Assembly (NCBI GenBank): GCA_973895155.1
Contig: OZ316897.1
Location: 22,171,455 to 22,235,454 of the forward strand
Reading direction: 5' to 3'
From: Marsupella aquatica
Taxonomy: Eukaryota; Plantae; Marchantiophyta
Length of the DNA: 64,000 bases
In this document: one piece after another, positions 24,341 to 35,388 of the stretch
Position numbering within the stretch: the stretch's first letter is position 1
Layout of the letters: each line of letters opens with the position of its first letter
Position numbers and translations under genes: made by a program
The notes under the pieces: generated by a model
What the model saw: the letters and a program-made list of their open reading frames with translations, nothing else
Told to the model about the DNA's origin: nothing
Database searches by the model: none

Positions 24341-27018
24341 GAGTTATTGGCAAGATGCATGTAAATAAATAAGCCAATATACATAATAGTTTTTCAATTT
24401 TTTTTAATTTCTTAAAAGTTAATCATCCCGGTGTGTGTTCATGTTGCTCTGGAGGGCCGGAGCTATTTGAACCCGGGAGGAACTATTTTTTTAATTGACC
24501 TTTTGCTCTCTTGGGTCTTGTCGTTGTGGGAGAAGAAAATTAGGCATCTTAAGGGGATACCACTCATTAATATTTGGAGACCCCGGCAGTTTTTCTTGGC
24601 CCCGGTATAATATGGCAGAGGAGCCCACGAGCCGTGGGGCGCGAGACGGAGGGTCGCCCTGCGAGTAGGCGGAGCCCCGAAAGGGTCTTCCAGGGCGTAA
24701 GCGAGGGGCAGCCGGGAAGGAGGAGCCCACGAGCCATGGGGCGCGAGACGGAGGGTCGCCCCGCGAGTAGGCGGAGCCCCGAAAGGGTATTCCGGGGCGC
24801 AAGCGAGGGGCAGCCGGGAAGGAGGAGCCCGCGAGCCGTGGGGCGCGAGATGGAGGGTCACCCCGCGAGTAGGCGGAGCCCCGAAAGGGTCTTCCGGGGC
24901 GTAAGCGAGGGGCAGCCGGGGAGGAGGAGCCCGCGAGCCGTGGGGCGCGAGACGGAGGGTCGCCCCGCGAGTAGGCGGAGCCCCGAAAGGGTCTGCCGGG
25001 GCGTAAGTGAGGTGGCAGCCGCATGGAAGTTGACTATGGGTAACACGGGGAGGATTGGGAATTCCCTACCCTTTGTTTTTTTTCTTTGGTTTTTTTTTGT
25101 TTCTTTGCTTCCTTCTCCGCGCGTGCAACTCCTTTCTTGGCCGAAGCACTCTGCCCTCATTTCCGAAAGCAATTTCCCCAAAGTCGGAAGCTCTCTACCA
25201 GCTCTTACACTTATTTTCGAAGCTCTTTCTCATGGTCAATTGTTGGGGCTTGTGGGCATGATTCTTCCGGGCATTAGCGGCAGCAGCACGGAGTGGCTTC
25301 TGAGGGAATTGAGGGTAATTGATTGATCGGGATACGGGGGCCGTTTCGGGCCAGGGGATTGACATTGCTACGGGTGACGGGATTTGGTGATTGAGGATTT
25401 GATTTCTGGATGCATGGATGCTGGATCAACCGGAGTTTAGTGCGGCACGCGTTCGGAGATACAAGGCTGCTTACCGTGACTACATTGAGACATTGATTGC
25501 AAGAGCTTAGAGAAGAAGCTCAGGGAGGTACATAAATCGTTACGAGAAGCTCAGGTCAACACGGGGATCCCGGGGATGCCACCCCGATCTGTCACCCCTG
25601 GGACTCCCATGGCCACCGGGCAAGTTTTACCGTTGGAGTTGTGGTCCAGTGAAGAGGCGGCCTTATGGAAGGACACCATTGGTGACGGGTACATTAAGGC
25701 GTGGCAAGCCTTGGCCAATTTGAGGAAGCAGGGGAGCACTAGCACAAGGAGTACCCCGGTGAAGAAGAAGAGGAGTGAAGTGGCACTCACTCCAGTGGAG
25801 AGTGATGAGGAGGCCCACTCACGGGGCTCAAGCCAAGGCACCGTGAGTGAAGAGGAGGAGGATTAGAGTGGTCGTACGGACGTGGTTGTACGGCCCCTTG
25901 ACTTTTCAACTTTTTTGTGAGGGGTCACTCACGGGCTTGTTGGAAAGAGCTCGCGGAGCTGATTCCAACAAGAGGCGGCGCTCCTCAAACGGAGCCAGGA
26001 TGAGCAGGTTAGGGCCCGACGAAGTTGGGTTTATGGGATACTAAAACGGCCATAACTTGGTCCTCCGATGTCCGTTTCAAGAGCGGTTGAGTGATTCATG
26101 ATCAGGGGGAGCAAGGCTACCCAGGGGTGAGCTCAGAGGTGAAATCATAGTGACACCTAGTTTTGGCAATTGTGGGGTCCCTTGCATTTTCACGGTTCAC
26201 GGAGCGACGTTGGGGCGCCGTCGAAGGCACCGTCGGCCCCATTTTTAGTTTAGGGTTTTAGGAGCATGTGTGTGCCGCATGCTTTAGGATTAGGGATTCC
26301 TCATGGACGGTTTTAGCGGCGCCGCTAGGTAGCCGCCACCTTTGTGACCCCGTGAGGGGGCTTTGGTGTGTTTGTTTCTAGTATTTAGGGGGAGAGCCCC
26401 GGAGTAGTGAGGGGGGAACTCAGCGTAGTGCTTTGATGCTTTTGAGTAGCTTTTGTGAGTAGCGCACCGATTAGGTGAAGTTCAAGCCAGAGTAGTGAGG
26501 TGGAGAACGTAGCACTTGTCCTAGGGAGGCAGGAGTTGGGCAGACGGCAGGAGGCCGGATTGCCCTTGCATGTGTTACGGGAAACACCAAGAGATATGGA
26601 TTTGGCTTGAGGTTCCAATATTTTGTGTGTCACTTGTTGTTGCTTGTGTTGTTTGTTTTCCTCCCCTAGTGCATGTGGTCGGTTTCGTTATGGAAACATT
26701 TGCCCTTGTCACTAGTGTTCAAACCTTATTGTAAACGTTTGTATGCTTGCCCATGAGAGGGGGGTGGTGACAGCACTCACCCGATGGGCATGAGTTGTAG
26801 ATGGTAGGACCAGTCCCTTGGACTTGATCAAAAACGGAGAGACCAGTCGGTAGACTTGATCAAAAAGTACACTTCTGGGAGTGGAATCAAACATACTCAT
26901 CCTTAGGTATGAAAATCCTTCAAATAGCGTCCCTCCACGACCCCGTAATACGATACCAACGGTTTAAGCGAAGAAAAGTACGATTTGCACGTATTAATCG
27001 TTGGATAGGCAAGTGATA
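24305..27018 (+). repeat. 3' LTR of gypsy copy 2 (2714 bp) with an internally deleted LTR-ORF remnant (~25434-25866)
   Basis: Homologous to 38884-43223; MPPRSVTPGTPMATGQVLPLEL... is shared with the 617-aa ORF. Confidence 0.88.
24619..25010 (+). repeat. 102-bp GC-rich tandem repeat (~3.9 copies) in the LTR
   Basis: AGGAGCCC starts at 24619, 24721, 24823 and 24925. Confidence 0.92.
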
Positions 27019-27022
27019 ATAG

Positions 27023-27688
27023 TTGGCATTGACATATGAGTTTTGGCCAAAAACCAACCACGGAACTGGTTACAAGGTGAATAGTACAGGAACCTCTGAA
27101 CCATTGGGGGAACCTAGTAGTAGTACACAGAATCCAGAAATGGTGGAGCTTCAGAATGAGTACCTTGAAGAGATGGAGGATCAAACTGCACCATTTGTTG
27201 GCACTCGACACGAGCAAGAACTTGCCCGTTGGATTCCTCTCCAGGACATTCAAGAGGGCCACTTTGTATTTCTTCGTCCAGAGGATGAATGGGAAAAGAA
27301 GAATGGCAAAGAACTTTTTTGGTTGGTGAGAGCTTTGGGTGTTGTGGACCCAAACCATGAAATCCCTTCAGGAGACTTGCAATGCAATAACAATATTTCT
27401 ACTAGTACAAGGTATGCTCCTATGTTCCAAGTGCAATGGTGGAGGCCTAAACATGGTAAACATGATGCACCGGATCATGTGCGATATTCACGTTGCTTTC
27501 AGACCACTAAGACTTGGGAGATGGATCCTGGGTTTGATAGTGTCACTGAACGTTGGCAATTTGCTAATTCTACTATGTATGGATTCAAGTCACGCTCTAG
27601 AGAAGAAAATATAATTGATAGAGGTTTGACCATTCCCAAGAATGTTTTGAAAACACTCAAAACCTACATGGAAGGGATTGTTCATTAA
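27023..27688 (+). pseudogene. 3' part of the element X transposase-like gene
   Basis: FWP...IQEGHFVFLRP...FWLVRA...FQVQWWRP resembles, from memory, the C-terminal domain of DUF7869-type bryophyte proteins; same strand as 19261-20480 and resumes right after the LTR end. Confidence 0.5.
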
Positions 27689-28383
27689 GTCAAATTAAAG
27701 TTTTCTAGTAGTCAGAGTGAGGGAGTCTAAGTATGTCAATTGGTTTGTAATGTCTTAGTTTACGTACTAGTTGGTTACTAGTGAATCTAAGTAACTTTTA
27801 TAATATTTTGGGAGACTAGTTTGAATAGGTGGGCAGGAGGTATTAATTGGACTTGGCCGGATACCTTTATATTAATTGCTTTAATTATAATTACATAATA
27901 CTATCTGACTATATTACAAGAAGTAATATTCGTGATGGGATGTGACTGCCTCTAGTAAACCTTAGTTTCAACTCGAGTTGCTTACTGTAGAATGTACTAA
28001 CAAATTAGTTAGTTACTTGAATTAATATGGATAGATACCATTCTGACAAGTTTATAAATTAATGCTTTCATTTATTACGTAGAAGGTTTAGCTAGGGTCG
28101 AGATCATATTGAAGTTAGCTTTAGTTATATTATATTACTTACTTACTAGTTAGTCAGATTGAATCAATTTTCTACTTCTTATCCAACATATTTTACATTA
28201 TTATCACCCAAATGTTTTTCTTTAGAATCCAAATTAATATTTCATTTTCCCCTATATACAATCTTGATTCCCCAAATGTACATGATCTTGTGCCCAAATA
28301 TACAACTTTCACTGCCCAAATGTACAATTCTTGTACCCAAAAGTATATATTTTGGTGCCCAAATGTCCAAAGATCAAAGAATT

Positions 28384-28408
28384 TTCCAGTTTTAATGAAT
28401 AGACTGAT
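28384..28408 (-). repeat. Right TIR of element X
   Basis: Reverse complement matches 10361-10385; followed by TSD TAAC. Confidence 0.88.
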
Positions 28409-28790
28409 TAACTCTCAAGGGATTTCTCAAGAAAGTTCTCCATGGTGACAATGACAGAGGTGAATCCCTTGCCTCCACACATTGTCAAGAAACTCAGACC
28501 CTCTTTCAACACTTTTGCCTCTCCCTGGCTAATCAAGTACTCACAGATCGCCACACCAACAACGGGGCCAAACGAGAGAGTAACCTTTGCGGATTTTTGC
28601 ATCTGGACATAAAGGATAGGAGACTCACAGTCTGCCATATCCTTGGATTGTAACCTGGTGTTGCGGAGTACCACTGTTTCTTGATGAACTTGACCTCTTC
28701 ACAAATGTCTTTGCTTGTCCAAATCGCGTTCGTGAGGCTTGTCATGAGACTTTCAGCCTCGGCAGATCCACCCTTCCCACTAGGACCCAT
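28409..28790 (-). pseudogene. Gene A, 5' portion (probable start MGPSGKGG..., frameshift near 28650)
   Basis: ORF 28408-28674 joins in frame to the sequence below 10360 once X and one TSD copy are removed; a TTTTCAG acceptor lies just upstream of ATG 28790. Confidence 0.7.
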
Positions 28791-29128
28791 GATGACAAAG
28801 TCTGAAAATTTGAATGCAAGGAGCAATAAATTTATCGCTCTGACAAACCCAAAAACCAAAAACCGGCATGCAAACATCGATACAATGAACTCAAAAAGTC
28901 CTCATTCACGTACAAGCATTAGGTCATTCCACGAGCGATACCAACTCCGATAAAATTATCGCAAACAAATATGAGCACGATATAAATTGACGGCCGAGAT
29001 TACATTATCGTACGTGTCAACATCTAAAAATGAGACCAACACCAATAAAATTATCGCAAAAGTGGTCCAAACAAAAAGTGAGCCTTCTTTAAATTGACAA
29101 CCGAGTGTACATGTGATAATGTGCCTAA

Positions 29129-29708
29129 TCAATCATCCCACCCAAGATCAAACCGCGCTACAGCAAAGCGAGAGATTAGCTTCTTGGGCCATTGGGGTAT
29201 ATGAGTGATCCTATGATCATAGGCCCATAGCCAATGAAAATCTGTGGCACCGGTCTCAGGATTAACTACAGCTACTGAATAGCCGCGTGACGGAACGTCA
29301 CAACAGGCATTTGTGCAACACTGACACATCTCACCATTGTCAAGGACATTTGTCCATAAACAAGATACATAAGTTAACCTAAATAACGGACAAAGAGGCC
29401 TAGGGGGGAGTTGATGAGTCCTATACGAATATAACTTCCCACCAGTGTCAATCAAAAACTCGGTAGCAAGAGGATTGTCCAGCTGGTCAATCACATCCTG
29501 AATCTCATCAAATGCTCTACGTCTGTTGTGGGCATAGAATTCTGGTTCATAGGCAGGATTGCCCTTCACAACATGACAGCAGTGCAGTATAAAATGTTTT
29601 ACTGCACCGGTTTTAAGAAAAAGCAGGATAATACTTCTAGAAAATGCAGCATATCTATCCCACCGGATATAAATTTCTCCCCCTACCTGGTCTACGTAGA
29701 AGTGATAT
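29129..29708 (-). pseudogene. Unknown gene of element Y, split by the solo LTR (5' part from 34323 to ~34360-34469)
   Basis: Frame stays open from the TSD to 29129 (YHFYVDQVGGEIYIRW...CQCCTNACC...); no recognised domain. Confidence 0.45.
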
Positions 29709-32700
29709 TGTGATGCCTAGCCAGGAATCATTCGGCCAGTTAAGTGGGTAAAGCAGGAATGCACCCTAGAAACACCTTAGTATAGGGACAAAACAAGGAA
29801 AATATAAACAATTAGGGGCGACTATGGAACCCAGGCCGAGGCCGGAGGTAAGGACGCTGGGGGTGAAAACTCGATTAGGGTTACGGCACGCTAAGCGTCG
29901 GCGGCTAGGAAGGATCAACGGGAGGAAGGACCGGAAGAGGAGAGGGGTAAGGAGCGCTTGCAGGAGATGGTGGCTCATTTGCGAGCATGAACTAGGCAGA
30001 CGACTACGGGAGGCCAACTACTGTCAGCTGCTTAGGCAAGCACTCGGGGAGAGAGTAGATACCGACGATCGACCTAAGGAGGGTATGAGCAACGTCAATC
30101 AAGCGGCACATTTCTGGGGATGCCTGTTCGAACGGGCAACTGAGTACATCAAGACTTACGAGGACAAAGAATCAGAAAGGGCAGCTCGAGAACGACAAGA
30201 GCTCGCTCGATTGTGGGAGCTGTAGAAGACGGCTTTCTTAGGAGGTGAACTCATCAAGGCCGAGTTCTTGTGGACTCCTACTTCCAATCAGCTCGACGAT
30301 CTTCTGTTTTGTGAAGACAGAATCATCGGCATTCGAGAGGCCATCAAGAACTGCAACGACATACACTGGGAATTGAAGGGTAGCACGGAAGGGTGGACCC
30401 AGGCAACGGTGCTAGGAGAAACCTCCACGGCAGCCGAGATGAAGAGGAAGGGAGCCGTCAACGATGAAGCCACCCCGGCAAAAAGAACGAGGTCGGCGGC
30501 ACCAAAGAAGCCAGCCGAGCAGCAGAGCAGGAGGCAGGGAGAAGCCGAAGAGGAGGAGGTTGATCCCATTAATGCCATTCCAACCATGGATGACACCTGG
30601 AAAGGCTGGGCGACAACCCTACCAGCGGAGGTGCAACTACATTTTGCACGGGAGGAGGATGCATGCTTTACGGCCATGCAGACCAAGAAGTACCAAGGCT
30701 TCATGGCCGGATCCGGCTTAGAGGCCTTTGTAAGATTACCATGGCTGAAGCCGGAGGTACCGGATTCAGACCTATTAGAATTCATGGGGTCATGGGAACC
30801 CGAGACCAATTGCACGAGGATATATGGGAAGGATTTCTATCTTACTCCCAAGGTGATTGCCGAAGTGTTTGGCTTGCCAATAGGCAATAAGACCAAAGTT
30901 GATACCAGGAAGACCTTGCCTGACAAGGAGTTCCGGTCGTTCCCCGGGCCATCAACAAAGAATGGCTTCTTCCGGAACACCTGCACCAACCCGCACATAG
31001 GAGAGATGATCGACTTCTTGCGGGTGACCATGCATTGTAACTTGCCGAGGGCAGAGATCGGCAAGGCACAGGTCTATCTGGCAGAGAGGCCAGACCCAAG
31101 CCGGGACTACAACGGGTACCTCCTCAACCAATTGAAGAAGATCTTAAAGGAGGAGCAGCAGGTAATCGGCATGGGGAGCGTGTCACGGCTTGGCTATCAC
31201 ATGCCGCTATTGTGCCGGTATGCCAGAGGTCAGACCTTTGCCCCAGTACTTCCCCTGCAGGTAAGGGTACCCGAGGAAGCTCCAGCACCGAGGCCGGTAG
31301 CAGAGAAGCCTCAACCACCTGTTAGCCCTACGATTGAGCAGGTGTTTAGGCCAAGGAAGGAAGACTTGCCAATGCAGCAACCAAGCATGCAGAATCTGCT
31401 GAAAATGCTGGAGAAGGAAAAGACGGCACCGGCACCGGCTTCGGCAGCAGCACCAATACAGGACACTGCCCCAGAGGTCAACCTAAGCAGAATCAGGCCA
31501 GAATCCAAGCCGGGTGTTCGAATGTACGTGGGAGTCTCAAGCTCTGAATCTGAGGCAGAATTGCCTGAAGCTCCTACCGGCGAAGAGGAGAGGGAGAAGC
31601 CGGAAGTCCAAGAGGTGGAGGAGGCAGTGGAGGACTGCAGCCATGATAACTCCGGCTATGGGTTGGACCATCACGTTCCAGGAGTAAGGACCTGTGGCCG
31701 GTTTATCCCCACACTTCCAAGGGTAGTTCGAGGGGACCCCAACCAGTAGAGTAGCCCCGAGTCTCCCCCACCAGATGTTGCTCCCCCGAGCTTTGACGGC
31801 ATAAAACAGACGGTGCAGGAATTTCAGGAGCAAATCAGGCAGGAAGAGGAGGTAGCCCTGGCTAGGGAAAAGGATTTTCCAGGAGGAGATTGGCCGGAGG
31901 ACATCAGGCGGCTAGCCAAAAAAGGAAGCAAACCTCTAGCCACGATTGAAGAGATCCACAAGACGGCTTGGGAGCAGAGGCCGCGATGGACGATGCCGAT
32001 CACTTCTACTTACTCCACCTACGCTAAGAATAGAGCCATGGAGTATGGTGAGATATTTGGGGAACTTGCGCTCGGCATCTTTGGGGAGGAGTTGGAGGTA
32101 GGACCCTTTTTCCATAGGGAGCAGTTGGAGAAGCACCAATTAGAAGAAGCGGTGGCTTTAGAGAGAAGCAAGAAGGACGAGGTCATCCGGCGGCTTAGGA
32201 GGATGGAAGCCAAGATTGAAGATCTAAGGGCGGCCAAGAAAGCCCAAGATGAACTGCGGATTAAGCGGCATGAGCTGAACATCATGCAGGGGCAGTTGGA
32301 CACAGCGCAGGCTGATAATCAGATTATCAAGGATAAACTGACTCAGACCCAGGGAGAATTGGCCGACGCAATCAAGGACAGGGAGAAATGGAAGAAGGAG
32401 CTGAGAAACGCAGAGGAGGCCCATATATCAGTCAACAACCGGGTCACGGCGGAGACTCAGAGAAGGGAGAGGGCGCTGAAGGGAGAGCTCGAGGTCATCC
32501 GCAGAGTCCTTGAGCAGAAGGAGGCCGAGTTAGGGAAATCCTATCAAGGGATTATTGCGCTACAGCAGGAGCTTGCGTCCCTGACGGCCAGCTTCAAGGC
32601 CGACCTGCGGGAGAAGGATGCCCAGCTCGACCAGACTTATGCCAAGATGAATAACATGGAGTCTGAGGTCGTAGCGGAGCTCGACAAGGAGCTAAGAGCA

Positions 32701-34322
32701 ACCCAGGAGGAGAGGGCTACCACCAAGAAGGAATTGGAGGAAGCCCACAGGGAATTGGAGGAAGCCAAAAACGAGTTGGAGGAGGCACGTAAGGACCTGC
32801 ATGAGACCCAGGAAGAGTTGGAGGAAATCACGAGGAAGATGGAGAACCTACAGCGGCGGGCCGACAACCAAACTGAGCGGCTGAAGAAACAAGCCGCAGT
32901 ATTTAAATGCTTAGCTGCATCAGGTCCATCTCCCGTTGGGGCAAACCAGTTACCAGGGGTGGTAATTGCCGAAGGACCAGCCGTGACACACGGCCCGGTG
33001 CCGGACATTGGCGGCAAAGGGAAGGAACCGGCTGTGGAGATAGTGAAGAAGAAGAAGCGGAAACCTTCGGGGCCCGGAGGTTATTCGACCCCTCAAGCCG
33101 TACTCAAACCGGCACCAACCTCCGGCATGAACACGGCAATAGATCCCGCTATCACCAAAGGTGGGGATGGCGCGGCCCAAGCCGAACTACTCAGTAATGA
33201 GGCCGGTATCCCAGATCCGCCTCTTGAGCAGGCCGGGGAGACCGTAGCCGAGAATGATTCCCGAGCCGATGCCGATGCCGATGGTGGACCCAGTCAGGCC
33301 GATGGAGAGTTGACTCAGTCACGGGTAGGTAATCTATCAGAGAACGAACCTACGGCAGTGGCTGAGGAGGAAGCGTTGGGGTCGTCCATTGAGGATCCAC
33401 CACCGGTGTCGTGACGGTGCAAGGGCGCCGTTCCTTTTAGGAAGGGCGGACGTGGAGGTAGGAGGCGTGAGTGGGCAGGGCGGGCGCTGATCTCCAAGTT
33501 TAGGATTAGGATCAGGACCAGGAGGCGGCCCTGACACTTAGCTTAGTGGAATTGCGGTTCCACTGGCAGGAGCAACACTTGTGCTCCTACCTTGTTGTAC
33601 ATAGGTAGATTCGGGCAGGTAGATTACTGTTAGGTAGATTAGGCTTACGCTGCAAAGAATTAGGCGGATCCACTACCAGGATAAGTACCTGGGCAGTGGG
33701 GAGCTCAGCGCCTCTTCTTTAGCAAGTTTTTAGTTTGCACCAGCCGGGCTGGGATCAAGTAGTAAGAGAAGCTCTCGGTTAGTCATACCGTGACCTTGTG
33801 TATATTCATGTTTCCTCATGCCTAAGAGCTGAATAGAGTTGGCCTCACGGCTTAGTTCGCAGAGCTTGTGTATGAGATGTACTGTTTGTATGGCAAGTGC
33901 ATGGTATGACTCAGTCAGAAGGAGTCATTTTGCTATTTGTGTGTCGCATTAACTTGTGTGAAGAGTGCCCACATCAACCAGAAGGGAGGAAAGTAAGCAA
34001 GGGAGTGAGAGTTGGATGTGTCGAGCTGAAAGAGGTCTTAGCGGCTTAACCAAGCCTATTGGGGATCATTCCGGCGGCGGAATCCAAACATACCTAACCA
34101 GAAGGAGAGGAAGACAAGGGAAGGCCTAGATTAGGCCGGCTACGTATCTCATGACCCGATGAAGGATCTGTCCAGTATATGTGTGTAAAAGGCTAATAGT
34201 AATAGTAGAAGGAGGTTAGCAACGTCCCATGCCGCTAAGCCGCGGAAATGGCCTCGCCAAGCCGCGGGAATCGGCTTGAGCTGGGGGTTTCTTGGGTTTA
34301 GGGAGCCATGGGACGCACCACA
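29709..34322 (+). mobile_element. Apparent solo LTR (4614 bp) of a long-LTR gypsy family, containing a ~1195-codon frame
   Basis: Ends TGTGATGC...GCACCACA (7/8 inverted repeat); 5-bp TSD GATAT at 29704-29708 and 34323-34327; no gag/pol. Confidence 0.82.
29824..33414 (+). pseudogene. LTR-encoded protein: PMD/Transposase_32-like segment + long coiled coil; one frame with two TAG stops (30223, 31747)
   Basis: ORFs 29824-30225, 30268-31749 and 31813-33414 share one frame and the gaps between them are open; LLEFMGSW...IYGKDFYLTPKVIAEVFGLP resembles plant gypsy accessory ORFs; ELEEA heptad repeats. Confidence 0.72.
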
Positions 34323-34799
34323 GATATGCGTTATTATAAAATGGTTTGCTACCAGCCTGCAAATCTTTAAAATTAGTGATTCATCCAGCTTCCTTAGCTG
34401 GTCCATCAGGGCACCATCCCCCCATTTCGGAGGATCCACAAAGGGTACAAAAATGCGTCGCTCGAGCATGACCTGATCAGCGAATAGAAATCAGGAATAC
34501 ATTTTGGAGAACATACTCATTACAATTCTACAAGTTTCATTCAACTTTATAGTACCTTGTATAACGGGCTGTGAAGCCAATGCACTTGTTAGCTAATTGT
34601 CTGTAGAAGCGCAAAAAACTACACTCTGGACCACACAACCCGAAGTCAGGCGAGGCAGGGTCATTTATATTCAAAGTGTTTTTTTACAAGCTCTTCTCGA
34701 GCAAACCTTAGATCACCCAAAACAATTGACTACTAAATTGACCAGAGGAATGAGGAGTGCGATAAATTTATCGAATGTTCGCAGCAATGCCTCATCCAC

Positions 34800-35348
34800 T
34801 CAGACTTGTCCATGCCATGCAAGAATTGTCCGCTTCCCGCTTTCTCCAAGATTCACCCAAACTCTAAGAAACGCATCTAATCGGTCATACGAGAAGCACC
34901 CAAGCATATCTATGGGAGGGAGGAAATGAGTTTCCTCTCGGAAGACCCTAGCAATATGTAGGTTTGAGAGAAGGTCGGCATTAGGAATGCTTGCGAGCAT
35001 TTGGTTTATGTCATTAATCTCACGGACTGCATATTTCAGTAAAGCCCAAAATCGTGTACCAACAACAAGATGGTTCCATTTCTTCGAGGTGGCTCCAAGA
35101 CAAATGATTGTTCTCATTTGAGCCAGTCGTTCTTCGGGTAAAAGTTTTAGGTCAAGGCCAAGGTGTTCATCTTGTGTGCAAGACAACGCCAAGAGAGGCC
35201 AAATGTGAGATTCAACGAGTTGATCAGGAAGTCCATTCAACAGACTTCCGCATTCCACACCAGGCACTTTTCCTTGAATATATTTCCTACGCTCGTGGGC
35301 TAATACGGATGCCATCTTAGCAACGATTAGGTTCTCCGACGCAGCCAT
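34800..35348 (-). CDS. F-box-like domain protein (cargo of element Y)
   Basis: LLNGLPDQLVESHIWPLL ... CLGATSKKWNHLV resembles a split F-box; ATG start; flanked by Y palindromes. Confidence 0.5.
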   Translation of the reverse strand: MAASENLIVAKMASVLAHERRKYIQGKVPGVECGSLLNGLPDQLVESHIWPLLALSCTQDEHLGLDLKLLPEERLAQMRTIICLGATSKKWNHLVVGTRFWALLKYAVREINDINQMLASIPNADLLSNLHIARVFREETHFLPPIDMLGCFSYDRLDAFLRVWVNLGESGKRTILAWHGQV

Positions 35349-35388
35349 GAAGCAGAGCTACCAAAACCACCAATAAAAGTACCTTCAA

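Larger units (their letters stand above)
20481..27018 (+). mobile_element. Ty3/gypsy copy 2, 5'-deleted (no 5' LTR or gag), nested in element X
   Basis: Protease VPMDGGSG, RT FIDD, RNase H, integrase; PPT AAGAGAGGAG then TGTGACGGGG at 24305; the end GCAAGTGATA at 27018 aligns with the copy 3 end GCAAGTAACA; left junction approximate. Confidence 0.88.
10361..28408. mobile_element. Element X: ~18-kb TIR DNA transposon (including a 6.5-kb nested gypsy) with cargo genes
   Basis: TIRs ATCACCCTATTCATTAAAACTGGAA (10361-10385) and the reverse complement of 28384-28408, ATCAGTCTATTCATTAAAACTGGAA (23/25 identical); TAAC on both flanks (10357-10360, 28409-28412); removing it restores the gene A frame (...KSLES-YPEDALVAEV...). 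Confidence 0.88.

Noticed and set aside
24463-25326. Repetitive ORFs on both strands, and a possible ribozyme in the 102-bp repeat
   Set aside because: The ORFs are by-products of a GC-rich repeat whose length is a multiple of 3; no hammerhead core (CTGANGA...GAAA) seen
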